Shown: piece by piece, positions 1-14,457 of the stretch
How the letters are laid out: each line of letters begins with the position of its first letter
Position numbering within the stretch: the stretch's first letter is position 1
NCBI RefSeq assembly: GCF_009914755.1
Contig: NC_060927.1
Origin: the human T2T-CHM13v2.0 reference genome, Homo sapiens
Reading direction: 5' to 3' (one strand)
Length of the DNA stretch: 64,000 nt
Position numbers and translations under genes: made by a program
The notes under the pieces: model-generated
What the model saw: only the letters and a program-made list of their open reading frames with translations
The model's database searches: none
What the model was told of the DNA's origin: nothing

Positions 1-728
1 CCCAGTGAGGAAGGATGAGTCAGGCTCAGGCCTGAAGAGGCACTCTGGCCACAGTTGGCCACAGCCAGTGTGCTGGGCTGTGGTGAACATGTCTTGGGAC
101 CAAGTTGTCCAGCCTCCCTGGCTCCAGCAAGGGAAAAGCGTGGCCTGGAGCTATAGATATGAATGTCGCCCTTCCCCCACCCAGGGAGATTAGCATGTTA
201 AGCAGTTGTGAGTCCCAGTGCTGGCTGCTGCCCCTCTCCCAAAGAGCTCAAAGGGCTTAGACAGCAGGCAGCTGCAGCTGTGGTGGTGGTCGCCCTTCCC
301 CCCGGGAGCTCAGTAGGCTTCAGCAGATTCCAGCTGAGAGACCACTGAGAATCTGTGAGGCTCCAGGATTGGGACGCTGGGCCCCGGTGGTGTGGGTTCA
401 TGCGTGCGATCTTCTGATCAGTGGATTGATCAGAGGATTGCCCAGTTCCGTGGAAAATGCATGGCTTCCCCAGCTGGGTAGCATGCTCACTCACTGCCTC
501 CCTAGGCTGAGGGGTGGGGCTCCCCTACCCTGTGTGGCTCTCAGGTGAGCAGTACACCACTCTGCTCTTCCTCCTTCTCTGTGGATCACACCAGCCTCCT
601 AGTCGGTTCTGATGAGAGAACCTAGATACCTTGGTTGCTGGTGAAGTATTCACATGCTTATGATGGTTCTTTCCGATGGGAGCCTCGATTGCTGCTGTTT
701 CTAGTCAGCCATCTTGCCGCGTCCCGCC
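1..728 (-). mobile_element. 5' end/5'UTR of an older primate L1 (L1PA8-16-like); element continues left out of the window
   Basis: The minus strand starts GGCGGGACGCGGCAAGATGGCTGACTAGAAACAGC...GAGGCTCCCATCG...TATCTAGGTTCTCTCA, matching the recalled L1P 5' terminus. The YY1 motif is at 708-716 (gccatcttg on +). Confidence 0.8.
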
Positions 729-729
729 T

Positions 730-2210
730 TGACTCCTTTAAGCCAGAGGTTTCTAATTTACCCATATACATCAGAAACATCACTATAGCAGATATAGCAT
801 TACAGAATGTATTTCTTAAATAGTAATATTTGAAAGTCAAAAATATTACTTGTACCCTGGGCTACAGAATGGATGTTGTGTTAACAGTCATGAAAATCAC
901 ATTAATCTCTTTGTGTATTTCCATTAGAGCTCTTTGGTGCCCAGGTACATTGCCAATGAGTAGTAATATTATGAAGGTATCCTTTTCTCTGAGCAGTAGG
1001 TCTCAACAGAGTGCTTCAAATACTTAGTAAACCATGCTGTAAACAGATGTGCTGTCATCCAGGCATTCATCTTTCATTTCTAGAGCACAGGAAGAGTAAA
1101 TTTAGCATTTTCAGAATGAAAAGTGAATGTTGGCTGCAAATAGAGTCACTAGCTACATTAGCCTATAAAAAGAGAGTCTGTTCTTTAAAGCCTTGAAGCC
1201 AGGCATTGACTTCTCCTCTCTAGCTATGAAAGCCCTAGATAGCATCTTCTTGCAAGGTTGTTTTATCTACATGGAGAGTCTGTTCTTCAGTGCAGCCACC
1301 TTCATCAATGATCTTTCCTAGGTCCTTGCTGCAGCTTCTACATTAGCACTTGCTGCTTCAATTTGCATTGTTACTTTTCGGCAACAGTTTCTTTCCTTAA
1401 ACCTTAAGAACCAACCTCTGCTAGCTTCAAACATTTCTTTTGTGGCTTTTTCACCTCTCTCAGCCTTCCTATAATTGAAGAGTTAGGGCTCTGCCCTAGA
1501 TTAGGCTCTGGCTTAAGAGAATGTTGTGGCTGGTTTGATCTTCTATGCAGACCAGCAAAACTTTCTCCATGTCAGCAATAAAAGTGTTTTGCTTTCTTAT
1601 TTGTATGTTCACTGGAGCAGCACGTTTAATTTCCCTCAAGAACTTTTCCACTTGGCTAACTGGCACAAGAGGCATAGCTTTCGACCTCTCTTAGCTGTTT
1701 ACATGCTTTCCTCACTAAGCTTAATCATGCCTCACTTTTAATTTCAAGTGAGAGACTTGCAACTACCTTTCATTTGAACACTTAGAGACCATTGTAGGGT
1801 TATTAATTGGCATAATTTCAATATTGTTGAAATTAGGTAATAGGGATCCTCAAGGAGAGAAACAGAGCTGGAAAAACAGCCAGTGGATGGAGCATTCAGA
1901 ACACACACATTTATTAAGCTATTCAACATGTACGGGGACGGTTTGTGATGTTCCAAAACAATTATAATTTTAACATCAAAAATCACTGATCACACATCAC
2001 CATAGCATGTATAATAATAATCAATCATCATAAAAATAAATGTTTGAAATATTGTGGGAATTTCCAAAATGTGACAGATAGATGTGAAGTAAGCACATGC
2101 TTTGGGAAAAAATGGCACTCATAGACTTGTTCAGTGCATGGTTGCCATAAGCCTTCAATTTGCAAAAAAAATACAGTATCTGTAAAGTTCAGTAAAATAA
2201 GATATGCCTC
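730..2210 (-). mobile_element. Tigger1 DNA transposon, decayed with internal deletions, interrupted by the L1
   Basis: The right end (...gatatgcctc then TA at 2211-2212) matches the Tigger1 terminus. Minus-strand transposase remnants include TFKYYYLRNTF (ORF 658-840) and a FIAREEKSMPGFKA segment near 1190-1240. Confidence 0.92.
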
Positions 2211-3916
2211 TACAAATTTTAACTATATATATTTTTGAAGACTAAAACATTTTTCTTAACAATTTTTAAATTGCAAAAATGTGTTCACACCTATATTACA
2301 CATATTTTCCTAGTTTAAACTGTAGTTCCTATATTATCTAAAAGTGCAAATAATATTTTTTAACGAACTTAGAATATTTAGTAATATTCTAAGTTTGGAA
2401 AGCAGGGATGAAAGAGAATTGGCATACACACTGTGATAACTGGAGGAACAGAGTGGATGTTATATTTGCTAAGAAGTCTGGGGGGTCTTTGGAGAGAAAA
2501 TAGGAAAGGGATTAGACTTGACCTGCACTGCACTGGACTCAAGACCTTGGACATCACATTTAGACTACCATGAAGGAAGGTGGGTAGAAGCTCTCTTATT
2601 GTCTCAGGTAAGAAATGTATTCATTGAAGCAGAAAAGACTTAATGAATGTGAGTTGATTTCAGAATGAGAAGAATAATTTTAGATTGAAACTTGTTGATT
2701 TTTTTTTCCTATTCAAGTCTGAGGCAACTGTACACAAGTTTAACAAAAACAGGAGCTTTAAGAAACTGCAAAAAGTCAATAAATATAAATGCTCTTCTGT
2801 TTAAAATATTGTTAAAAAATCAGAAACTTCTATCATTATAGTGAGCTCAAGCATGATTCCAACACCTTGGTAGAAATGGAACCATTTATTGTTTTAGTAA
2901 AAGAAACACAAGCAGTGATGAAGGTTAGCAGATTACTATCAGTAATAATAAAAAAAGGAGATTCTACAGTTAGAGCAAAATATTTTGGGCCACATAATAA
3001 GAAGCTAGAGCAGAGCAACAGAGCTTGGCTGTAACATTACGGGAAAAAGTGATACCCACAGGCAAACATCAAAGGCTGGTAAGTAGAAACAGCCAGCCAC
3101 CCAAATCCCTTATAGGAAATGGGAGGAACTACGAGAAGTAACTAGAATTTCAACAATTCTTCTTGGAAGAACTTACAGACAAAAAGTGTGTCTGCTATTA
3201 TTATTGTTGTGATCAACCTTTCCTCATTGCCCCATTGTCTAATGCAAAAGTATGTGTTACACATGTAAAATAAGAAGTGCAACAATGATTAAAATGTCAT
3301 TGTTATTAATTTTTTAATTTTCTTTCAATTATTAAAAAAATAACAAATTAACAAAAACCTAACTTTTCTGAGCCATAAGTGTGAGTTTAAAAATCAGCAG
3401 AAGGGTTCTCTGTTGGGCTTTGACTTTCATAAGAACTTCATGATAAACTCCCTGGCTGACACCGTCTTTGGAAAACATGCTTCTCCCCAGGAATGCCCTA
3501 GCATGTGCACAATGTGACATGCTGACATTGACCATGACTATTTCCTGTCCTTTCCGTTTAGGCTTGAGTTCATTATATCATCTATTTTCTTATCCTTTCT
3601 GGCCTCTACACATTGAATGTCAACTTCTAAACAGCATTAAGAAAACAAATAGTACCACCTATCTCTGTTCCCAGAAGTAGTCTCATTGGATAGGAAAAGG
3701 TCAAAATTAAATTTTCATCCTAGATGAATATTGTGCCCAGATGCTAGCAAGGAAGCCCAAAGTCATTATGAAAAACCTTAAGTGCATATATCAATCTCTA
3801 GATGGGCTGATTCATTTCAGATTGTACACTAGCATCCTTCTTTCTCTTGTGTACCTGTTTGGTTAATTATTTCTCCCTGTTATACTACAAATTCCACAAG
3901 GTAACCCTGTAGCACC

Positions 3917-3932
3917 TTTTTTTTTTTTTTTT
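3917..3932. repeat. (T)16 homopolymer
   Basis: Read directly. Confidence 0.95.
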
Positions 3933-5375
3933 GGAAAATAAATCATTATCTTTTGTCAAAGGCATGCATAATTGCAACAAAGTAACAGTTCAAAACTGCT
4001 TACAGTTGGCTTTTTACATTTGACAAATACTGAAGAGAATAATTGCCTAAAGACAATGTATAACCTTGATTTAAATGACTTATTATGCATACTTCACACG
4101 TATGCAGTGAAAATAATCTTCCTCCCTCAAAACAGTTCCCCCTGCTGACAAATGAATTTGTTAGGTGGAAAACAATGTACATTTATAATTCCCTTGTCTG
4201 TTTTATAACTTCATGTATCTTACATCTACTCCCCTTTTACCTCATTGCCCTACTTTTTAAGCCAAGAACTCATTTTTCATCTATGTTAACTTTGTATAAT
4301 GAACACACAAGTCTAAGGAAAATGAAGTATATAATACAAACAGGGTAAGTAAATGAAAATAAGAGTAGTATTCATGTTCTTTCCCTCCCTGTAAGTGTAC
4401 ATAACATTGATGCTCTTGTGATGTCTAGATAGAGGGTAGGTAATAGCATGAACTACTGCCAAATAGCATTTAAAGTCCTATCAAACCTCACATTACATAT
4501 ATCCCAATTAAGTAAACTATAGTTTTACTTTGTCCCCCCTTTCACGACAGACAAATGATTACTCTCTGAATGTTATGAGGGTTTTGCAAAAACATTTTCA
4601 GGATTTACAAATAGTCTGGTGGGTTCGTTTCTTGTGACTTTCAAGCTTTCTATCTTAAATGTTATCATATTGCTAATCAAATGAATTAAAAAGCAAATGG
4701 GATATTGGGAGAGGGAGGTTTTATTCCCCTCACTTAGGAACATCATTAAACAGGAAAGGAAAATGCCTATTAGAGGGCAAACCAAAAAGACTTCAAAATA
4801 GTTGAGAACACCTGTCATGCTTTTTGGTTTTATTAGCTGCCTTTCCCTTAGTAAAATGTAGACTGCAACCATCATTAAATTGTATTTAAAGTTGTGCAGA
4901 TGGTGGTCAATATTAATAGATGCTTACTTGTATCAAGCTGTCAAAAAGTCCAAAGTAAAAATTGCTCAATGATGGACTATAACTAGAGAGGAGTGTTCCA
5001 ATTGGTCTAAGCAGTTTGATATATGAAGATAGAAAGCCAAATAATTAAGGATCAGAGGTAGAGGGCAAAAGTAGCTGTCTCACAAGCAATGCATTTGGAC
5101 CTTTTATCAAAAAGAAACATTGATACAAATATAATAGGAATCTTGCAGCATAGGAAGGAGGAAAAACACCTCTGCTAACTCAGTGTCTCTCAAATAGGAA
5201 TCCATAAATGAAAACCCAGCAATCTTTACACGGTTCTACAAATTTGGTATGACAAGTTTTTCAAAATTATATTCATATTTTTAAATAGCACATTTTTACA
5301 AGATGTAATTAACCACCATAAAATGTAGTATACTGAGGTACTTCAAAGGTGACGTTTGAATGTCATTGGCTGTAA

Positions 5376-5403
5376 CTGGATCCAAATATCTATTTGGATC
5401 CAG
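5376..5403. repeat. Perfect 13-bp inverted repeat with 2-nt spacer
   Basis: ctggatccaaata-tc-tatttggatccag. Confidence 0.95.
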
Positions 5404-5568
5404 ATATATAGATAACCATTAGATCAGATAGACAAGATATGCCCACATATGCATATATGCATATGTATGTATATGTGGGTCTATCTATATATCTGTATAT
5501 ACATTTACATATGTATATGTACATAAATATACATGTATATACATGTATATACATGTACATACATATAG
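5404..5568. repeat. Low-complexity TA/CATG/TATG repeat
   Basis: Repeated atacatgtat and atatgc units. Confidence 0.85.
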
Positions 5569-5569
5569 C

Positions 5570-6430
5570 GTCTATGTGCCAAGTAGTAGTCTAAGACTAA
5601 GTGTACAACAGCAACAAGACAGACAAAATCTTTGTTCCCGAAGCACTTGCATGTCTTATGAGAATGTATGGGGTAGTAGCAAGTACTATCCGGGGAATCA
5701 AACAGGGCAATGTGATGACAGAACATGCCTGAGCATTAACAACAGAAAGGTAGTTCAGCAAACCCTCTACAAAGGGACGATACTTAAACTGAAACATACA
5801 TGATGAGAAGGAGCAAGGCCAAGAAAATAAAAAAACAGGGTGAAGAGAAATCCAGTCTGAGACTTTTAGTTCAAGGACTGTCAACAGGAACAAGTTTTAT
5901 GTGTTTTAGAAGAACAGAGAAGTGTGCGGTGGGTGGGACTTGGTGAGCGTCCATATTAGAGAGGTGAATGAAAATCAGGCCATGTGGTCCAGGATAAAAA
6001 GTTTTTGAATTATTGGAAAAGCATCCATGTTTTTAAATTTTAATATTGCTATTTAAAAGATCACTCTGGCTCCTAAGAGGGTAATGGATTATTGAACGGG
6101 AAGGGAAATGAAGACCCTATTCAGGGGTTGCAGCAATCTATTCAAGAAATAAGCACAGCTTATATTGCAATGCTAACAGTAGATACAGAAAGAAGTAGGT
6201 GGATTGATTTGGTGAATGTGGGCGAAAGAGAGTAGGGTTTGGGTGACAAGTCTCTGGTAATCCTCTGCTCATGCGGACAGGCTGTGTTCTCATTTACCGA
6301 GTGGCAAAGAATCAGAGTTAATCGGTTTGATCGGAGAAAGGATGCTGAAAATAAGAAATTCAAGTTTAGACATTTCAATTTTGAAATGTCTATCACTGGT
6401 CATCTAAATGAAAAAGTCAAGTAGGAAAAA
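5570..6430 (-). mobile_element. L2 LINE remnant (3' end at left)
   Basis: ctatgtgccaag...aacaagacagacaaaatc is the reverse complement of the L2 3' end. Further L2-like blocks are aaaagatcactctggct and ttcaagtttagacat...ttgaaatgtct. Confidence 0.7.
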
Positions 6431-6870
6431 AAATGGTTCTCAAGTTTTATGGTAATGTTTAGGACAAATCAATGATATGAAAAGAAGAATGATAACGCCA
6501 TTGGATGCTTTAGAATCGTTTAGGAGCCTGTGAGACACTCTTGGAAAAGTAAATGTCCTGATTTATGAACACAGTGCTAAAGTCCTTTGTAAAATGAAGA
6601 GCACAGTATCATTCTTTTAAACAACTCACTGGAATTAAAAACTTTTTAAAGCTAAAACCTAAAAAAGCCACACATGAATAACTTTTATTCAATTTAATAA
6701 TGTGAACATACTGACATTTATAATCTAAATGTTAACAAAATATAATAAAATGTAGTTGATTTTAAATTATCTTCAAGATATTTCCAAATAGTATTTTCTA
6801 AATAACATCTTTTGACATTTTAGTATCCATTTATATAGATTCACTTTAAATGTTCAATTTCCACTTACAA

Positions 6871-7186
<316 letters not shown>

Positions 7187-7846
7187 CAAATTTTTTAATA
7201 TAATTAAGGACCTTCTGTATTAAAACTTATTTATGTATTCCCCTCTTGTTGGATATTTATGTTGTGTCCTAATTTTGGTAGGAAGTGTTAGATATTTTTG
7301 ACATTTAAATGAATGTCATGTTTAAATTAAATGATTAGTTTCAGATAAAATGCTATCAGAAAGCTTGTCCTACTTTTATTAAATACCTTTTGCTCCATGA
7401 TTGCTTTGTGTCAAAATATTATTCATTCTTCACTTTCCTCCCTCTTTCTACAGAAATTGCAGTTAACAAACTTTCACCAGTGATTTTTCAGTTAATCCGT
7501 TTATTGCAATTTATAAATGGGTTAGATTTATGTTGATGATCTTATTTAAATAAATTCCTTGTACTTTTTTCTCCTTCAGATTAAAATATGGTTTTATTTA
7601 ACTTCTTAGCTCTTAAATAAAAATGTTGGAATGCAATTTAGTTTTAAGAGTTCAATGCTTTGAACAAGTCACAGCCCATTATATTTTTGTGGATGGAATA
7701 CAGGCAAAAGAGGGAAAAGCAGATATCTGCTGTTATTTTTAAAGTGTGACTTTTAAAAAAATCAAATGTACAGCTGAATCTGGGGAAATAAACATTCTTT
7801 ATGGATTTTCTCTGATGCTAAAAAATGACTTAATGATAGTTTCTAA

Positions 7847-8173
<327 letters not shown>

Positions 8174-8532
8174 TTGTTAATTTTATTTAACAAAAAATCC
8201 AACTCTTTACCAGGATCTAGAAGGTCATATACATTTTGTCCCTGCTCCCTTCCCAAATTCATCTCCCACCAGATCTCCCCCTGAAGCTCTGCATACACTG
8301 GCCTTTCTCTTATTTGAAAACAAATGGACTGGCTTCTGCCTAAAGCATGCTTTCCTTTCTGCTTAGAATACTTGATCCCCAGTTCTCTGTGTCAGGCTTC
8401 TTCTCATCACTTAACTCTCCACTTAACTGTAATCTCCTCAGAGACCTATTTTCCCACCCAATGGAAAGGTACAACAGTACCTGGCACATTGAACAGAGTT
8501 GGCCAAAATTTATTAAATCGATTGAAGGTTAG

Positions 8533-8883
8533 TGATATGGTTTGTGCTCCCATCCAAATCTCATCTTGAATTCCCACTTGTTGTGGGAGGGAGCCAGTGG
8601 GAGGTAACTGAATCATGGGGGCAGGTCTTTTCAGTGCTGTTCTCATGATAATCAATCAGTCTAACGAGATCTGATGGTTCTAAAAAATGGAGGACTCCCT
8701 GCAAAAGCTCTCTCTTTGCCTGCTGGCATCCATGTAAGACTTGCCTTGCTCCTCCTTGCTTCTGCCATGATTGTGAGGCCTCCCCAGCCATGTGGAACTG
8801 TGAGTCCAATTAAACCTCTTTCTTTTGTAAATTACACAGTCTCGGGTACATATTTATCAGCAGTGTGAAAACAGACTAATACA
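8533..8883 (+). mobile_element. THE1 (THE1B-like) MaLR solo LTR
   Basis: TGATATGG...ACTAATACA termini, ATTAAA signal, exact 5-bp TSD GTTAG (8528-8532 and 8884-8888). Confidence 0.95.
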
Positions 8884-9329
8884 GTTAGCTTGAGAGAAAT
8901 TTAAAAATGTTTTAATCTAGTAAAATTGGCTTCTATCACCTTTAGCGAAGGCTAATGAAATTCTCACTTTGTACCCTTTTTAAAAACTGTCATTAAAATC
9001 CTCACATATTTCTCTGTTGATTTACTGCTATGAGGTAGATGACATCATCTGGTCACTTAGCTAGTTACCAAGAAAATTCTGGAATAATTATAGGAAACGA
9101 GAAGAAGAGAACATATATCTAAAAACCCATTATGTTCTGAAATTTTGGATAGTTGAGTTCATTTATTAGACATAGTTCATTAAAACAGATATAACTACTC
9201 TGTGGGCAGCACATAGCTCCCCTGGGCCCATCCTATAGGACATCTAGAGATGGCTTGACAAGTGGTTGATGCCTTGAACAAAGAAACTAGTTTTCCTTTT
9301 CTCTACTAGAGAGCTTTGTTTGAGAATGA

Positions 9330-9420
9330 AACGTGTCTGAGGTAGATATTATTATTTCCTTGCACACATAAAGAAACTGAAGCTTAGGAACCAATAACAT
9401 CTCTAAGGTTAAAGGGTGTG
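9330..9420 (-). mobile_element. MIR fragment
   Basis: tgaggtagatattattatt...gaaactgaagcttag MIR core. Confidence 0.6.
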
Positions 9421-9559
9421 AATGTCAGCACATTAATTCAATCTCTTCAGTCACATTTTCTTCACCTTGCCAGGCTTTGCTACCTCCTGAAATAATTCCT
9501 TGATATCTTCTCTGGAATGTTCTACACACGAATAAAAAACAAAGTGTTAAAAACTTGTC

Positions 9560-10330
9560 ATCAGTGCTCCTCTTCATATTATGTCTACTTCAGAGAGTGA
9601 AACTGTCGTTTACCTAGTGAATTACTCCCCATCTAAATAGACAGTTATTAAATCCTGTGTGCCCTGATTTCTAAGTATCCCTTGTTTTGGTAACAATTTT
9701 GCCAGGGACTTGCCTTCATTTCCTTTACCTCTACCATAGTTTAGTCTTTTATCTCTCAGATTTCAACATAGAACTAGAACTGATCCTTCACTTCTACTTT
9801 ATTATCCCTTCAAATTCTACTCTCATGACTGAAATGGACCTTGCTAAAGGAAAATGTCCCTATTAATTTTTTTTTCCTTAAAATACTACTGGCAGCTTCC
9901 AATAGCCTCCAAGATAAAGTCTAAATGCCTTGGCTTAGTTTATAAAATTCTTCACTTTTAGGAGCCCAGCTTCTGCTCAGTACTACCCAACACTGAACTA
10001 CTTGAAGTTTGTAGTATATTTTATAGGTTTCTAAGCATCCATTCTTTCATGCCCCACAGTCTAGATATCTCATCTTCCTGACTGATTTCCACTCTTGCAG
10101 CTATCAACTCAAATGTCATATCTTCAGGAATGTTCCTGGACTTCTACATTTGAATTAGAGATCTTTTTTCTGTCCCTCTTCACCTCTGAATACCTATTTC
10201 TCAGATTTTATATGCTGCATGGAAACAAAACAGTTAACGAGCTCTTGTGGGCAGAATGGTTCTCTTTCAGTTCAGTGCCCCAATACCCAAGCACTTAGCA
10301 TAATCCCTAGTTTAGAGACTCTTAAAACAT
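9560..10330 (+). mobile_element. L2 remnant
   Basis: aagataaagtctaaatgccttggc, cactgaactacttgaagtt and an L2-like 3' end near 10240-10330. Confidence 0.6.
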
Positions 10331-13219
10331 GCTAATTAAAATCATTAAAAATGTGTAAATGAAAAAGTACTTTTTCATAATTCGCAATTTTGCCTGGTTA
10401 TGATCCTTAGTAGACATCTAGGAAAAGTAAACACACTGAATGAGACAATCACTCTATTTCTGCTAAGTCTAGTTATGCTTGTAGTTACCTCCTGGTTAAA
10501 TTCAACTGGCTTCTAGGTGGTCTACCTGCTGCCTCATTGTTGTTCCTGCAACATTCTTCCTCAGAAATGAAGCTCCTTAAGGCCTCATGTCAGCCTTATC
10601 ACAGAATCTCAGGAAAGTTGGGATTGAAGGGATAATGAGGTTACCTAGTCCAATCTTCAAAGGAGCCCATATCATCTATTTTGACAGGTGTAGTATTCAA
10701 TGATAATTTATCTATCTGTAAATGTGCCATGACAAATTTTACGGAAGTAATGAAATTTTAGTAATCCAAGAAGACAGCTCCACTGTGATCTCTGCTATTG
10801 CATATGTTTTCTTGGTGATAAGGAACCTAGGGAGAAGAGATTCAAACTGCTATTTTAATAAGATTTTGAGGGGAGAGCTCCAGATTTGTGATATGATAGT
10901 AAATTGGCTGCAAGTGAAAAAAAAAGAATATATGAAATTGGTTGTTAAAAAAGAGAACCATAGTGAAAGATTTGCTAATAATTTTATGATTGAGGGTTCT
11001 GTATCACAGACTTTCTCTTCATTTAGAGACTTGTTATAATCCAAACAAAGAAAAGCTTGGCTGTTCATGCAGGAGGACGGAGTAAAAGGTAAATAACACA
11101 TTTAAATAATTGAAAGTTCTCAAGAAAGGTTTTTAAAGGGAAGAAAGTCTGTAATCTTCTCTTAACACATTTCTTTCTTTGGTTCAAGACCCAGAGAGAC
11201 AAATGTGATCGTTCTAGCCAATTACAGGAATATATCCTAAACTTTCCTTACCTTTACCATTCTTCTTTCTATTTTTAACTTGCCAAGTTTTCCTTCTTTC
11301 TGAATCCCATATAAAAACCATTAACTAGGGTTGTTAATACACTTGGGCAATTTCTTTTATTTTCATGAATACGAAGTTAGAAATAAAAATTACCCCCAAA
11401 ACATTAAAAAGGGCATTGTAAGTTCTATAACTAAAGGACTTAAAAAAACAGTAAAAATATTTTCATCCTGATTGCAAAATATCATCCCAATTTTATTGCC
11501 ATATAACCTGGAACTTACACTTAAATAAGGGGGAGACTAGAAGAAATTCTGAAAGTCAGTATAAAAAAGATTATTCTAATTACCTAATTTTCTCACAATC
11601 TGCCAACTTTACTGCCATTGTTAAAGCGCAGACTCTCATCATGTCTTATCTATCCAAATACAACGTGATAGCTCAAAAGTGCAAAAATATATGTCATGTT
11701 AAAACATATTTTGCCATAGGAATATTTTCCCAGTTTCTTGTCTTATTAGCACAATTTATATTAAATGGAAACTAATAAATGCATTTTCCAGAAAGACTCA
11801 AAGAGAATCAAGCTTGCAAATGCACACGTTAGCCCAATTCCAGAATGGTTTCCTCTCTGTGATTGCAATTGATAATTTCACTTTATTACAGACTTCAGGC
11901 AACTTCTCTCATATATATAATCTTAGATGGATTTGGTGTTTTCAGCATCTTGAAAATAAAGCTATCATGTCTGTTTATTCCTTTCTTTCAAAAGGCTAAC
12001 ATCAATACATGATTTGGGTGTCAAAATAAGTCCTACATGTAAAACAGAGAAAGATGAAGGAAAAGTATTCCTATGGCTAAAGAAAAAACAAATGATAACG
12101 AGTTGGTCCTATCATCTCATAAGTGAATGCAAAATGGTAGAGAACTATAAATCAGAGACGAGGGGCTTTCCCTAGAGTGGATGGCACTTTAGGACACTAT
12201 ATCTTATATTGGGTAAACGGTTTCAATTACCTCAATTATTAGGGTCTGTTTTAAACCTTCCCAATAATATAATACTTAAACAGATATTGAAAATATCTCT
12301 GGTTTTTATAATAGGATAAATTTCTTTGCTGTCTCTACCGAGCTGTGATCCAAAGGAAAACAATCACTCAATACTATGGAAGAAACACCATTTTTTGTTC
12401 ATATTTGTTTCTTTCTTCCTGATGTATTTATTTATCAAGTAAATGAAACCAGTGAAAAACGATGTTAGACATTTCTGTGACAATGTCTTAATGCCAATTA
12501 AGGACAATGTCCTTAAATGCCAAAGACCTGGACACATACCCATGACTAGGAAAGAAGATTCTAGAAATGCCTAGTCATGCCAAGAGATGATTTAGTTGTT
12601 CTTGCTTTTCTCATTAAAACTTTCAAGGTGAATGAACATGTGCTCCTAAAAAAATCACCATTTAAAATCCTGCTTTTTTGAAACATTTTCAAAGTCAGCC
12701 CATTGATACCATCTTAACAGACACACAGCTGGAACTTTTCTCCTATAAATCTAATGACTTTTTCTTTAATACTTTACCTCCTTCAGTTCCGCCTTTCTGG
12801 ACAGCACAACATACTGAGTGGTGATTTATACCAGGATACAGGCTGTTCTTGCCTTTTCTTTGTCCAGATTGTATGAAGGTCACAGTGAGCAACAATTTCT
12901 CTCATGTACTTATGTGATATTACAGAAGCCAGGGCTTCTCTCAGCTTGAGTTTATTATTTGGAGATTTGAGTCCAGACTTCTTTAGCTGCTTGATTTATT
13001 TTTTGCCTTCCCCTAAATTAAAAATACTGCTGGTGCCTATATTTCACTGTATGTTTTCATCAAGTTTTTAAGTTTTATTTGCTTTTTTAGATTGCTTCTC
13101 CTATGACATTAAGGGGAATGGAAATTGCAGTGAGTTTATCATATTAAATAAATATAATCTAAATACTAAACACAACTCCAGTCTTTATCCATTGGCTTTC
13201 TTCTATCTTTCTCTTTTAA

Positions 13220-13900
13220 GAAACGTGGAAGTTTGAGATTGGAAGGAAACTAAAAGTTATCAACCTCAGGTTCTATTTAATGTTGAACATCTGGAGTTCC
13301 GCTCAAACATGCCCTGCAATGCGGATCTCATTTCCCCACTAAACAACACATTCCTCTTTCCGAAGTCTCTTATTGTTAAAAGGATTAACTGTGTAGCAAA
13401 ACTTAAACTGTTACTTTCATCCATTTTTTGGTACCTTTCCAGAAATATAGAACTTCTAAGTCATCTGTCCTAAAACATCCTTGAAGACAGTTCTTATATC
13501 TTCTTTCCTCTATCTGCTCCAAATACTTCCTCACCTACACCACAGGTCATTAAGCAACCCACCCAGTGGTAAAACTTTCTCTTACCAATTTGCTCTAGGT
13601 TATCAGCCTTCCTGACATATAAGCCACTAAATCCATACAGCTACATGCAGAATAGGACATAATCATATCAACATTTCATATATTCTACGTATTATATTAC
13701 AATTAGTGTAATCTAAATGTAGAATTACCTTTTTTAAAAACCACATTGTATTGTAATTTCTTGCCAATTAAAATCACTAAAGTCAAATTATGTAACTTCT
13801 ATCTTATGTAACCTAAGTAGGGTTCTGTACCTAAAATTAGAACAATTGATCACATTTGTTTTGATTACATTTGCTCTTGTTGGGTTTAATCTAATCTTTC
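13220..13900 (-). mobile_element. L3/CR1 remnant
   Basis: Degenerate similarity to recalled L3 blocks (gagattggaaggaaac, tcttattgttaaaagg, attagtgtaatctaaatgtagaattacc). Confidence 0.45.
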
Positions 13901-13951
13901 TTAGAGAATCCTACCAAAGTACCAGGTCAAGGCACAGTGGGAACTCAGGTC

Positions 13952-14457
13952 AGGATTATAAATCAGGCTGCTGTAAAGACACATGCACACGTATGTTTAC
14001 TGCGGCACATTCACAATAGCAAAGACTTGGAACCAACCCAAATGTCCAACAATGATAGACCAGATTAAGAAAATGTGGCACATATACACCATGGAATACT
14101 ATGCAGTCTTAAAAAATGATGAGTTCATGTCCTTTGTAGGGACATGGATGAAACTGGAAACCATCATTCTCAGCAAACTATCACAAGCACAAAAAAACCA
14201 AACACCACATGTTTTTACTCATAGGTGGGAAGTGAACAATGAGAACACATGGACACAGAAAGGGGAACATCACACAGTGGAGCCTGTTGTGGGGTGGGGG
14301 GAAGGAGAAGGAATAGCATTTGGAGATATACCTAACGTTAAATGACGAGTTACTGGGTGCAGCACACCAACATGGCACATGTATACATATGTAACTAACC
14401 TGCACGTTGTGCACATGTACCCTAAAACTTAAAGTATAATAATAAAAAAAAAGAAAA
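13952..14457 (+). mobile_element. 5'-truncated L1PA (L1PA3-5-like): ORF2p C-terminus, 3'UTR and A tail
   Basis: ORF 13983-14345 reads FTIAKTWNQPKCPTMIDQIKKMWHIYTMEYYA...WMKLETIILSKL, the L1 ORF2p C-terminus. It ends catgtaccctaaaacttaaagtataataataaaaa. Confidence 0.97.

Noticed and set aside
3470-3530. Cluster of p53/p63-like CATG half-sites
   Set aside because: Only one perfect half-site, and the spacing does not fit a full response element.
12479-12579. Imperfect ~20-bp direct repeat and 10-bp inverted repeat
   Set aside because: Short slippage-scale features, like those at ~42440, 55620 and 56515, with no sign of function.
13983-14345. 120-aa ORF as a gene
   Set aside because: It is the C-terminus of L1 ORF2p from a truncated, frameshifted copy.
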